Of a DNA stretch of 64,000 nucleotides, positions 20,662 to 29,850 are shown piece after piece. The notes beneath the pieces were generated by a model. That model saw only the letters and a program-made list of their open reading frames with translations. It did not search any database and was not told where the DNA came from. The stretch lies in the IMG/VR virus record IMGVR_UViG_3300020046_005360; one strand, written 5' to 3'. Position numbers and translations under genes: made by a program. The stretch comes from a virus (taxonomy: Duplodnaviria; Caudoviricetes). The number at the start of each line of letters is the position of its first letter. Positions within the stretch are counted from its first letter, which is position 1.

Positions 20662-21376
20662 TTATATTAATTTGTTTTTAAATTTCCATTTATATCCACC
20701 AGATGTTTTAAGTTTACCTTTACAGCATTTCAATATTGTAATTATATTAAAATTAGGATTCTCTTTATAAGCATGAGTAGCACTGTTCCACTCTTTAATA
20801 AACTTATTTTCTAAACTATATTGAATTATAGGTTTTGAATGACCATTAGGAGTGTGTTTATAATTAGATTCTAATGGATATTCTTTATATCTCCAAATAT
20901 AACCATAAGCAGTTTTTAATTTTCCTTTACAACATCCTGTTATATCACTACCTTTAGAATTATTTATTTTAAAAGAAGCAGATCTAATACTTTTCCATTC
21001 TTTTATAAAATTACCTTCTAAATCATATTGAAATATTGATTTTATTCCCTTACCTAATTTATTATTACTTATTTTATCTTTTGTTTCTTTAGAAGCAAAA
21101 TCCATCCCATTTCCACCATTATTTTTATTTTGTATATTGAATCCTAATTGTCTAAAATATTCAATCCAAAAACATTCTAAAGGTTTCCAATCCTTACTAT
21201 CAAGAGAGTTAACTTCATCTATATAATCGTAAATAATTTGTTTACCAAATTTACATTTATGTCTATTTTTACGACAATTTTTTGTTTTTCCTATATAGAC
21301 TTTGTTGGGGTCTCCATAGCAATTAGTAACTAGGTAAATTTTTGTAATTTGGGAAGGTTTTGATATATTTATCATC
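20662..21376 (-). CDS. GIY-YIG homing endonuclease with NUMOD1 repeats
   Basis: KIYLVTN..YIGKT; QYDLEGNFIKEW repeats; start aligned with its paralogues (MINI). Confidence 0.85.
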
Positions 21377-21400
21377 GTAGTATGTTTTAATGTTTGCACG

Positions 21401-21445
21401 TATAAATATTACTTCCCTAAGCCTCTATTCAGAGGCTTTTATTTT
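21401..21445 (-). repeat. shared left end of GIY-YIG element, copy 2
   Basis: Near-identical to 7551-7595; supplies KIKASE* to the polymerase. Confidence 0.9.
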
Positions 21446-22771
21446 CCTCAAACTATTATAATTAATCCCATAACTTACAGAACACCTAAACTCACTTTTT
21501 TCTATTATCTTTTTAATATCTTTCAATAAATGTTTTCCATCTTCCTTTTTATAATCTAATAGAATTGCATCATAACTATAAAGTATTATTTTGCTTTTTT
21601 TATCCCTTAAATATACGAATAAATCTTTTAAAATCAAAATATTATAATAAGTTTCTGAACTCTGAATTATGTAATTCCAACATTTTTGTGGTGTTGGGTT
21701 TGGAATTTCAGACAATTTTATTTGTCTTCCCCCAACTAGTTCTACAAACCCTTGTTCTTGTATCCGTTTCCATAATTCTTTGATATGGTTTTCTAACTTA
21801 TTCCAAAATGGAACATGTTTGTATTGGGAAAATACACCCCCATTCATTTGTTTGAATGAAAGTTGTTTACTTTCTTTATATTCTTCTTCAGATAATTCTT
21901 CTTTTCCAAAATATGATTTTCCAAATTCTGTATGTATATCACCTTGAGGTAAATCAAAACCAATTATTTTAGCAGAGAGGAAAAGATGATATGAATTCAT
22001 ATCAAACTCAAATAAATAATCTTCACTAGGTATTATAAATTCTCGAGTTCCATCGTTCTTTTTTAATGCACCGAAATTAACTCCATTAAATGAATTAGAC
22101 GGACGAGAGGTAAAATTATATAAATTATATTGGGTAAAAATTTTATTATCTTTTATAGACAATTGTGGGTGTTTTATTGAATAATGTTGCTCAAAACAAT
22201 TATTATCAAGCGACATCCCTTCATTTTCAACACGGTACATGACTTCTATATAATCCGTGTTATAATACGTTGATTTGAATTGATTACCAATATATTTCTT
22301 AATAAAATTGTATATTAAATCTTGCTCCTCATAATGTTTAGTTACAGGAATATAAGAATTTAAATTTGGATTAGTTTTAAAAGACCCTTCAATATAATTC
22401 GCAACTATTGATTTATAATCAGGTATTTCTAAATTGTTTATATTACTTTCAAGGTGAAGTAAATTTATATCTATAATTTTAGAATCTAAAAATTCTTCTC
22501 CCAAAAAATATATTGATTTCTTTTTATCTAATATATAAATATTTGGATGTTTTAATATGAATTCTTTAACTAAACCTAATTCAATTCCTATTCCATCGTT
22601 ATGATTGATTGGGAAAATATAACCCTTATGACCTTCAACTTTATAATAAATTAATGAAATTTCAGTTAATTTAGGATGATAGTTATGATTTAGTGGAATT
22701 ATAGATATAAAACATTGTTTATTATAAGATAATTTTTCTAATTGTTCTTTTTCTTCTATTAACCAATACAT
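21425..22771 (-). CDS. short family A DNA polymerase
   Basis: TSRPSN, motif A FDMNSYH, motif B K..SF...NGG, NYIIQS, motif C YDAIL. Confidence 0.8.
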   Translation of the reverse strand: MYWLIEEKEQLEKLSYNKQCFISIIPLNHNYHPKLTEISLIYYKVEGHKGYIFPINHNDGIGIELGLVKEFILKHPNIYILDKKKSIYFLGEEFLDSKIIDINLLHLESNINNLEIPDYKSIVANYIEGSFKTNPNLNSYIPVTKHYEEQDLIYNFIKKYIGNQFKSTYYNTDYIEVMYRVENEGMSLDNNCFEQHYSIKHPQLSIKDNKIFTQYNLYNFTSRPSNSFNGVNFGALKKNDGTREFIIPSEDYLFEFDMNSYHLFLSAKIIGFDLPQGDIHTEFGKSYFGKEELSEEEYKESKQLSFKQMNGGVFSQYKHVPFWNKLENHIKELWKRIQEQGFVELVGGRQIKLSEIPNPTPQKCWNYIIQSSETYYNILILKDLFVYLRDKKSKIILYSYDAILLDYKKEDGKHLLKDIKKIIEKSEFRCSVSYGINYNSLRKIKASE

Positions 22772-22810
22772 AACTTTTTATTTACTTAAATATACGAATA
22801 TATTTTGATT

Positions 22811-22835
22811 AAAAAAGACCTTCATTGAAGGTCTT
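22811..22835 (-). terminator. intrinsic terminator
   Basis: AAGACCTTC-AAT-GAAGGTCTT followed by a U tract. Confidence 0.75.
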
Positions 22836-22839
22836 AATA

Positions 22840-22971
22840 TTATCCTATATAATATTCGTAATGATATCTATATTTTTCTTTATTTTCAGTTTTAACTAAA
22901 AATGGGATATTATTCCAAGATGCATATAATAACACATACAATAAATAAGTTTTAAGAATTTGATTTTCCAT
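22840..22971 (-). CDS. 43-aa orphan protein in a promoter-ORF-terminator cassette
   Basis: MENQILKTYLLYVLLYASWNNIPF...; own promoter and terminator. Confidence 0.45.
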   Translation of the reverse strand: MENQILKTYLLYVLLYASWNNIPFLVKTENKEKYRYHYEYYIG

Positions 22972-22987
22972 ACTTTTAAATTTTAAG

Positions 22988-23018
22988 TAAATATACGAAT
23001 ATATTTTGAAACTCCAAA
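22988..23018 (-). promoter_or_regulatory. Bacteroidetes sigma70-type promoter
   Basis: TTTG-N19-TATATTTA; 22-bp core repeated at 22787-22808 upstream of the polymerase. Confidence 0.65.
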
Positions 23019-23633
23019 TTAAGGTTTAGAAAATTGTTCTAGATTAGTTAGATATTGTTTTATTCCCGAAAATGATTTTTCTTTAATATCTAATATTCGT
23101 TGGTTGGTTCCTTTTACTGTTTCTTGAAATTTATGAGTTGTTTTATCTTTACTTAATGATTCTGATATCCTCCACAACAATGATATCGGCTTCCACAATG
23201 GGTAATTGTAAATTCCTCCTAATGATGATAAATCTTCGTATGTTAACTTATCTATTTCTATTATTTGGAATTGTCTTATTGTTCTTTGTTTTGCAAAGTA
23301 TCTTGTAATTTTGTTGTTACTATAATCAGCTTTTGTTGGTGAGGGATAAAATTGTGTTGGTTCTTTAAATTCTAATATATTAACACCTCCTTTATTTAAC
23401 GAATTAAATATTAACGAATCTCTACTTACTATTAATTTTGATGGAATGGAATTATTTTCTGTTATTCTAATTAAAGGAGATACTAAAACGTCTTGAGGAT
23501 TTTTTCCTGTGAATTGTTTTCCATCATAAGTTATAAAGTAATCTCCTACATAATCTTTTCCATCTTTAGTAGTGAATTCTCCTAAATTTGCTTTCAGATT
23601 AGTAATAACTCTAGATTTTGGAAAATACGGCAT
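23019..23633 (-). CDS. conserved virion/baseplate-region protein
   Basis: End of the baseplate operon; YPSPT..DY..RYF. Confidence 0.5.
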   Translation of the reverse strand: MPYFPKSRVITNLKANLGEFTTKDGKDYVGDYFITYDGKQFTGKNPQDVLVSPLIRITENNSIPSKLIVSRDSLIFNSLNKGGVNILEFKEPTQFYPSPTKADYSNNKITRYFAKQRTIRQFQIIEIDKLTYEDLSSLGGIYNYPLWKPISLLWRISESLSKDKTTHKFQETVKGTNQRILDIKEKSFSGIKQYLTNLEQFSKP

Positions 23634-23638
23634 AAAAG

Positions 23639-26600
23639 TTAATTAAAGGGATTATAATATGTAGGCATAAATATAGGAGTTTTACCACTATATTCTATTC
23701 TAGTTTTAATTAGGGCGTTTGCTATAGTTTTAATATCAACTTTAGCAAAATTTGGATTACCTCCAGTACCACCATAGTTTGCTATTTGTCCTACTCCTGT
23801 AATTACATTACCTACTAATTCTCCACCAGATTTAGTTACTACAGGCATTGAAGCCCATTCATATCCTATATTATTTATTGCATTTGCTAAGTCTATAGAT
23901 GATCCTTTATTGATTCCTTTAATATAATTTCCTACAATATATCTGAATTCAAGTAGCATATGATCTCCCATTTTCTCTTGATTTTGTGGAGTGTATCTGT
24001 CGTTATCTTTAAATTTTAGTGCTACTTTTAAAATATTCATAGTACTAGGAATAATTTGAAATCTTCCAGAAGCAAATACCCTTCTTCTATCACTTTCACT
24101 TGATATATTTTGTAAGGATTTAATGTTTTGAAATGACATACCACTAACATTGGTTGAAGATCTCATACCTTTTCCTCCAGTATTTGCAACTCCATAATTA
24201 TTTCCACTCTCATAATTTCCTATTATATTCTTTAATTTAGTTAATGATTTATCAGTTTGTACTACATTAGAAGGTACGGTTAATATATTAATAAATGGGT
24301 TTGATAAATTTGGTATATTTGAATTAAATGAAATATTCTGAGATTGGTTATAGCTAGTATATGTCTTGATATCTTCTTTATCAAATCTTATACTAAGAGT
24401 TTGTCCTGTTATTTTTGTAGTCCATTTATTATTATCAAAAGTTTGATCTATTCCGTGTATTATGAAGGCTATTTTAGGTAATTTATCTTTAGTTTTATAT
24501 GATGATGGTAGTAAGTTTGTTGGTATAGTAAAAGCTGAATTTGGTATTATTCCAGAAATACCATCCATTGTTATATTAAAATCTAAAGGAATTATAACAG
24601 ACGCTTTATTAATTGAATCTTTGGCTATTCTATATTCTGATAGTAATCCCCTATATGTGTTTATGGAGGGGTCTATAGATGATATGTTTATATCAAAGTT
24701 ACTTCCTCCTGAACCCATTATACTTTCTAAATGTTGAATTAATGTTTTTAAATTATCTTCTGATATAGCAGGGTCTGGGGTTGTTGGAGTAGAGGGAGAG
24801 AAATTTGATGTTGTTTTCTCTGCTGATATTCTGTCTATTAAACCTCTAGATAAATTAGATATAGCGAATGCATCATCTCCTAAAGCACTTGGATTTGCTT
24901 GAGCGGCTATTGTTACCATACTAGCCATATTAGGACCTATTTTACTTTTAAAATTATAATTATATACTATACTTTTATTACCTAATATAGGGATTTCGGT
25001 ATATTGTGTTGAGTCTTCTAATTCTTTTTGAAGAGATAATTTATTATCATCTACTAACCTAACACATTTATTAGAATCATCTACAACCACTCTAAATTCA
25101 TTAAATCCCCCCAAAGCTTTACTAATACCATCTAGTAAAGAATTTAAAAATTCAGAAAAATTAACATCTCCCTTACCATCTTTATCTCTTTGATTTCTTA
25201 ATATATCTGTGATATAATTAATATTAACTAATATACACATCATACGAGCTCTAACTTCCTTTTCTTCTGGGGTTACATTAAGATAATTATTTACAAAACT
25301 ATCAGATTTTATTTCTTTTTTATATTTTATTTCTCCTTCTTCATATGTGCTAGAATACATAGAACCTCCAGAAATATTAGAAGGAGTGTATTCTTTTTCA
25401 ACAACGACACCATTAATATCATTAAATACTCTGTCTATCATTATCCCTAAACCAAAGGGATCATCCATATTGCTTTGATTTCGTGGTATAATACAAACTC
25501 TAGGATCTAGGGACATTTGTCCTTTAAAAGTGGCACAGTAATTTAATTGATCATTAAAATCTATGTAAATATATGGTTTTATATTATCTCCACTTTTATT
25601 ATATATCATTCCAGTAGCAGTTATTAATGCTAAAAGATGACCTAATGTTATATATATTTGTTTTTCATCATTTCCATTACCTTCATTATCTGTTATGTTA
25701 TATGAAACTCCTACTGATGTAAATAGAGTGTTGGATATGTTTTGTATTTGAACTTTTTCTCCACCATTATTTTTATTTAATTCGGATATTAAAGAGTAGT
25801 GATTTCCTTTTATAGCATTTTCGTCTCCAACGATATTTCCTTTATCATTAAAACTTAAAAATTTATATGGAGTATTATTATATATCTTATTTAATACTTT
25901 TCTATAATACGGACTATTAACTCCTAAAACAGTAACTCCAGAATCTCTAGATGGTGTATTATTTACTTGTTGATATATAGAAAATAGTGCTTTATTTAAT
26001 ACAGATAAATTTTTATCTGCAATTTGAGATGTTATATTTTTTTTATCTTCTTCATCTCCCGTATTTTGAGGTTTAGATAGAAAATTGGTATTTTTATTTA
26101 CAGCCTGATTTATTTTTAATGAATCTAATATATCTCCAGCCCCAACTAATTTTATATCACACAGATATGAACCATCATCTTGTATCTCCCAACCAAAATT
26201 GGAAGTAGTTCCGACCATTGCATCATAATTTCCAGAATGGTCTATTCTTTTCTTTTGAATTGCTTTTACTAGTTGTTCTTTATTCGAGTAACTAAATACA
26301 TCTAGGGGTTTTGGATTGGATAGGTTTGAATTTTCATCCAAATAGACAGTATGACCCCATTCTAAAACTAATGAAAACCCTAATTTCATATATAAGGCAT
26401 CCATTAATTCTAATTGCTTTATATCATAACAAATAAATTTTATAGTAGCATATTGTAAAGTACCTAACTTTCCCGCAGAACTCAAATCAATAGATGTTAT
26501 ACCAGGCATAGGTTTAAAACCTAATGGTTTAGAAGGAAGCATACTATAAGAACCGTTTGGTTCTACTCCAAACCTATTAGTAATTTTACCATTATCATTT

Positions 26601-26860
26601 TGGACAGTACCTCCTTGTAAAATATATTTTTTGGATAATGCAGCTCCAGATAGTCCATATTCTGCAAATAAAGGGTGGGATTCTGTTACATCAACACAAG
26701 ATGTTAATCTAATCCAAGCATTTTTGTTATTGAAGTATATAAGATGCTTATTTTCTCTTTTTCCATTATATTCTTCAACAAATTTCTTTCTATTTTCAAT
26801 CTGTTTAACTACATATGGTTGAAAAGGTCCACCAGCAATATTTGTAAATTTATCTGCCAT
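23639..26860 (-). CDS. baseplate hub protein with C-terminal lysozyme-like domain
   Basis: PMPGI, LEWG, DGISGI hub-like motifs; C-terminal YES..Y...ASGRFQI...EWAS muramidase-like. Confidence 0.7.
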   Translation of the reverse strand: MADKFTNIAGGPFQPYVVKQIENRKKFVEEYNGKRENKHLIYFNNKNAWIRLTSCVDVTESHPLFAEYGLSGAALSKKYILQGGTVQNDNGKITNRFGVEPNGSYSMLPSKPLGFKPMPGITSIDLSSAGKLGTLQYATIKFICYDIKQLELMDALYMKLGFSLVLEWGHTVYLDENSNLSNPKPLDVFSYSNKEQLVKAIQKKRIDHSGNYDAMVGTTSNFGWEIQDDGSYLCDIKLVGAGDILDSLKINQAVNKNTNFLSKPQNTGDEEDKKNITSQIADKNLSVLNKALFSIYQQVNNTPSRDSGVTVLGVNSPYYRKVLNKIYNNTPYKFLSFNDKGNIVGDENAIKGNHYSLISELNKNNGGEKVQIQNISNTLFTSVGVSYNITDNEGNGNDEKQIYITLGHLLALITATGMIYNKSGDNIKPYIYIDFNDQLNYCATFKGQMSLDPRVCIIPRNQSNMDDPFGLGIMIDRVFNDINGVVVEKEYTPSNISGGSMYSSTYEEGEIKYKKEIKSDSFVNNYLNVTPEEKEVRARMMCILVNINYITDILRNQRDKDGKGDVNFSEFLNSLLDGISKALGGFNEFRVVVDDSNKCVRLVDDNKLSLQKELEDSTQYTEIPILGNKSIVYNYNFKSKIGPNMASMVTIAAQANPSALGDDAFAISNLSRGLIDRISAEKTTSNFSPSTPTTPDPAISEDNLKTLIQHLESIMGSGGSNFDINISSIDPSINTYRGLLSEYRIAKDSINKASVIIPLDFNITMDGISGIIPNSAFTIPTNLLPSSYKTKDKLPKIAFIIHGIDQTFDNNKWTTKITGQTLSIRFDKEDIKTYTSYNQSQNISFNSNIPNLSNPFINILTVPSNVVQTDKSLTKLKNIIGNYESGNNYGVANTGGKGMRSSTNVSGMSFQNIKSLQNISSESDRRRVFASGRFQIIPSTMNILKVALKFKDNDRYTPQNQEKMGDHMLLEFRYIVGNYIKGINKGSSIDLANAINNIGYEWASMPVVTKSGGELVGNVITGVGQIANYGGTGGNPNFAKVDIKTIANALIKTRIEYSGKTPIFMPTYYNPFN

Positions 26861-26864
26861 AACA

Positions 26865-27140
26865 TTATTTTATATTAAACCATTTCATATCTATTCCAGA
26901 TATGTTATTATGGGGAGTTTCTAAGTATTTTTCATAGTTTTTATACTTATTACTAACCACATAAATGCGATCATCTTGGATAGCGACATCTCTATCTAAT
27001 AATTTACCACTTTTATCATAAATTCTACCTTTTCCTGTTGGGGTTTTTTTAAGAATAAAAGGAAGGGTTGGATTATTCACTTTTATTTCAGTAATAATAC
27101 CAGCTAATTGTTGAAGACGTTCTATTTCGTTATATTTCAT
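26865..27140 (-). CDS. putative capsid-targeted internal protein (RLQQLAGI-TE-IKVNNP leader)
   Basis: Shared leader; inserted between baseplate genes. Confidence 0.6.
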   Translation of the reverse strand: MKYNEIERLQQLAGIITEIKVNNPTLPFILKKTPTGKGRIYDKSGKLLDRDVAIQDDRIYVVSNKYKNYEKYLETPHNNISGIDMKWFNIK

Positions 27141-27432
27141 TTGTTTTTTGGAAAGTATTTATTATAGAAGTTGAATCTCTTGGTATTCTAAGTTGCATTC
27201 CTACTGGAGGGTAAAATGAATCACATTCTAAATCGTTTACCATTGCCACAGCCCACCATAAAGATTCATCTCCCCAGAAATCATACGCAATAAGATCTAA
27301 TCTATCATTATATGAAGTTATAATATACGTATCATCTTCGTTAATGCCAATTTCTGGATAATAAGTTTGTGAATAAAGTTGTTTTCCTTCATCATTTGTA
27401 TAGGTAGGTATTGTTGTATAACGTGATGACAT
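27130..27432 (-). CDS. LysM-like baseplate wedge protein (gp53-like)
   Basis: DRLDLIAYDFWGD..LWWAVA..N..G.QLRIP. Confidence 0.8.
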   Translation of the reverse strand: MSSRYTTIPTYTNDEGKQLYSQTYYPEIGINEDDTYIITSYNDRLDLIAYDFWGDESLWWAVAMVNDLECDSFYPPVGMQLRIPRDSTSIINTFQKTNEI

Positions 27433-27470
27433 GTTTTATAGTTTTGTATTTGAATATATTAAAAGCAATT

Positions 27471-29303
27471 TTAATTACCTAATAAATTTTTCTTATCAAT
27501 ATTTAAATTATAGAATGGATTTTTGTTAGTGATAAAATTCTCAGTGTCTCCTACATTTTCAGATATTAATGAAGGTACTTCATAATCAAATAATGTAATA
27601 GTTCTTGGTAATGTATGTAGTATTGGAACAAATGAAACTGATACGTTTATTGCTTGTGGTAATTCCATCATATCATTGTCTTTGCCTTCTTCAGGTTCAT
27701 CCATTTTTATCTCCCAAGAAAAGTTATCATCAATAGAATAGTTTAAAGATTTTAATATTCCAGGAGTTCTATATAAATACTCTCCAATAGTTAATCTAGT
27801 TATATTTCCTCTCATAAATCCATCAACAGAATAATCTGGTTGCAAAGTTGAATTAAGGTAGTTTAATTTTTGCCATAGAGGTTTCATCTCTTGTTTAGAT
27901 TGTGCTACTATAGTAAAATTAAATGAAATAGTTCTATCAAATCCTTGATATGTATACATATTTTCCCCCCTACCTGTATATCTTTTACCTTCCCAATCTG
28001 CTGTGTTACTATCTGTGAATCCTTTTAAAAATGCTCTGAAATGGGTTCTATATGTGTTGTTATTACTATTATTGTCTATAGTCTCAAATGCAAATTTTAT
28101 TAAATCTCTTGAATTTGGATCTTTTTCTACAGTGTGTTTATCAAAATTACCATAATATATAGGGGTCATGTTAACTTTATCTTGACCATCTTTAAATACA
28201 TTATTTGTACTTTCTCTTCCATTTTTCAATGTCCCAACACTAGTTCTAGGTCTTGCACCTGGAGATCCGATTCCTATACGAGTAGCCATTGGGATTTGGG
28301 AATTTGTGTAATCTCTTGAAAATACACTACCAGATATTCCTACATCTTTTCTAAAATCTGTAACTTTGTCTCCAAAAACTTTTTTAGAAATTTGATCATA
28401 TGTTAAAGTGTTGGAAAAAGGTGAAGTTTGGAAAGTATAATTTATTGGTTGTGGAATATTTCCACTTCCATCAATTCCAATTAAATCATTTACATTACTA
28501 CCAGAATTATATAATTTTAAATGACTACTTATATCACTATTAATAAAATATAAATTATTTCCCAAAGATCCTGTAGTAGGTTGTATTATATATCGAGAAA
28601 AAGGATCAGCCCCTTTAGCTCTTTTTGTATCTATTATAGAACCTTTATTATCTGTAGATCTAAATATTATAGTTTCTCCATCTCCATATAAAGAATTTGG
28701 TCCACCTCCATATTTTTGAATTTGGAATTCATCTGTTGATATTCCTAAATTATCTAATATAATTGAACCTGTATCAACTTTAATTATTTTATTATTATAT
28801 AGATTTACTAATCTATTTTCTTCAAGAGATTTTTTTCCAACAATAGATAAATATTTTTGATCATCATCTAATAAAGTTAATGGAGTGGCACCAGACCTAG
28901 AATAATGAACCCCAGTTCCTGTTGTAAGAGTTGAAAATAATAAATTAGAATTTAAATTATAAGTTCTAGTATTAATTCTTCCTCCATTTTTACCAGTTTC
29001 TATTAGAGGATTTGATTTTTGTAAACCAACCTGTTTAGAAGTAAAGTTACTTCCTTTAGGAAAATCAGTTAAAAATTTGCGGATTCTAATAGTATCTTCT
29101 GCAGCAGCACGGATAGCATAAAAACCACCTCTTTGTGGATAATCTGAGCTGAATCTCGCTGATTCTAATATAGTTTTAGTTGGGTCCGAATCAATGTTGT
29201 TTAGAGAATATTTTATATATGGTAGTCCAGAACTTCCCCCATCAGGGCGATCTTTTCCATATTTTAAATTTCGTAAATCTGATTTTAATTCCTTTAAACC
29301 CAT
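27471..29303 (-). CDS. baseplate/tail-tube initiator-like protein
   Basis: FRAFL..D, YTGRGE..Y.GFDR.ISF, RLTIG; follows the tape measure gene. Confidence 0.65.
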   Translation of the reverse strand: MGLKELKSDLRNLKYGKDRPDGGSSGLPYIKYSLNNIDSDPTKTILESARFSSDYPQRGGFYAIRAAAEDTIRIRKFLTDFPKGSNFTSKQVGLQKSNPLIETGKNGGRINTRTYNLNSNLLFSTLTTGTGVHYSRSGATPLTLLDDDQKYLSIVGKKSLEENRLVNLYNNKIIKVDTGSIILDNLGISTDEFQIQKYGGGPNSLYGDGETIIFRSTDNKGSIIDTKRAKGADPFSRYIIQPTTGSLGNNLYFINSDISSHLKLYNSGSNVNDLIGIDGSGNIPQPINYTFQTSPFSNTLTYDQISKKVFGDKVTDFRKDVGISGSVFSRDYTNSQIPMATRIGIGSPGARPRTSVGTLKNGRESTNNVFKDGQDKVNMTPIYYGNFDKHTVEKDPNSRDLIKFAFETIDNNSNNNTYRTHFRAFLKGFTDSNTADWEGKRYTGRGENMYTYQGFDRTISFNFTIVAQSKQEMKPLWQKLNYLNSTLQPDYSVDGFMRGNITRLTIGEYLYRTPGILKSLNYSIDDNFSWEIKMDEPEEGKDNDMMELPQAINVSVSFVPILHTLPRTITLFDYEVPSLISENVGDTENFITNKNPFYNLNIDKKNLLGN

Positions 29304-29307
29304 TTAA

Positions 29308-29508
29308 TTATATAGGTAAATTGTTAATATATTTTTTAGCAGGTTGTTTTGGATCTAATTCTGATGGGGATGGTTTATTCGGTATATTTGGTAATCCATT
29401 TATAGAATATTCATTATGTTGCTTAGAGCCTTGTAATTTATTTAAATTATTTTGTGTTAATCCTTTTGTGGATAAATTCGAATTTTTTTCTTGACCTAGT
29501 ATTGACAT
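29308..29508 (-). CDS. small hypothetical virion-region protein
   Basis: ORF packing. Confidence 0.45.
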   Translation of the reverse strand: MSILGQEKNSNLSTKGLTQNNLNKLQGSKQHNEYSINGLPNIPNKPSPSELDPKQPAKKYINNLPI

Positions 29509-29540
29509 GATATTTTATTTATTTTATTTGGGTTTATTTA

Positions 29541-29825
29541 TTAATCTTCAATCATACTCCAATCCAGAATATCATCATTAATTTTCCATATATAAAATGG
29601 AATAAATGGATTTTTTGTTTGATTAAAGGGAGTTTTATTAAAATCAATTAGGTTATAATGTCCAGGATATCCCGATTTCCAATCTTTCCCTATTGTTTGT
29701 ATGAGTCTAAGGACCTCATTTTTATTATTAATTACAGTAGGTGTATTATAGCTACCTATATTTAAAGGGCCTGCATTTACTCTTATTTCACTTAATAAGA
29801 AATTTCTATGTTTTGATATATCCAT
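29541..29825 (-). CDS. putative internal protein (MDISKHRNFLLSE-IRVNAGP leader)
   Basis: Leader resembles that of 62946..63623; IKVNNP variant; own late-type promoter at 29836. Confidence 0.5.
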   Translation of the reverse strand: MDISKHRNFLLSEIRVNAGPLNIGSYNTPTVINNKNEVLRLIQTIGKDWKSGYPGHYNLIDFNKTPFNQTKNPFIPFYIWKINDDILDWSMIED

Positions 29826-29850
29826 TTTATTTTATTATAAATATTAATTA

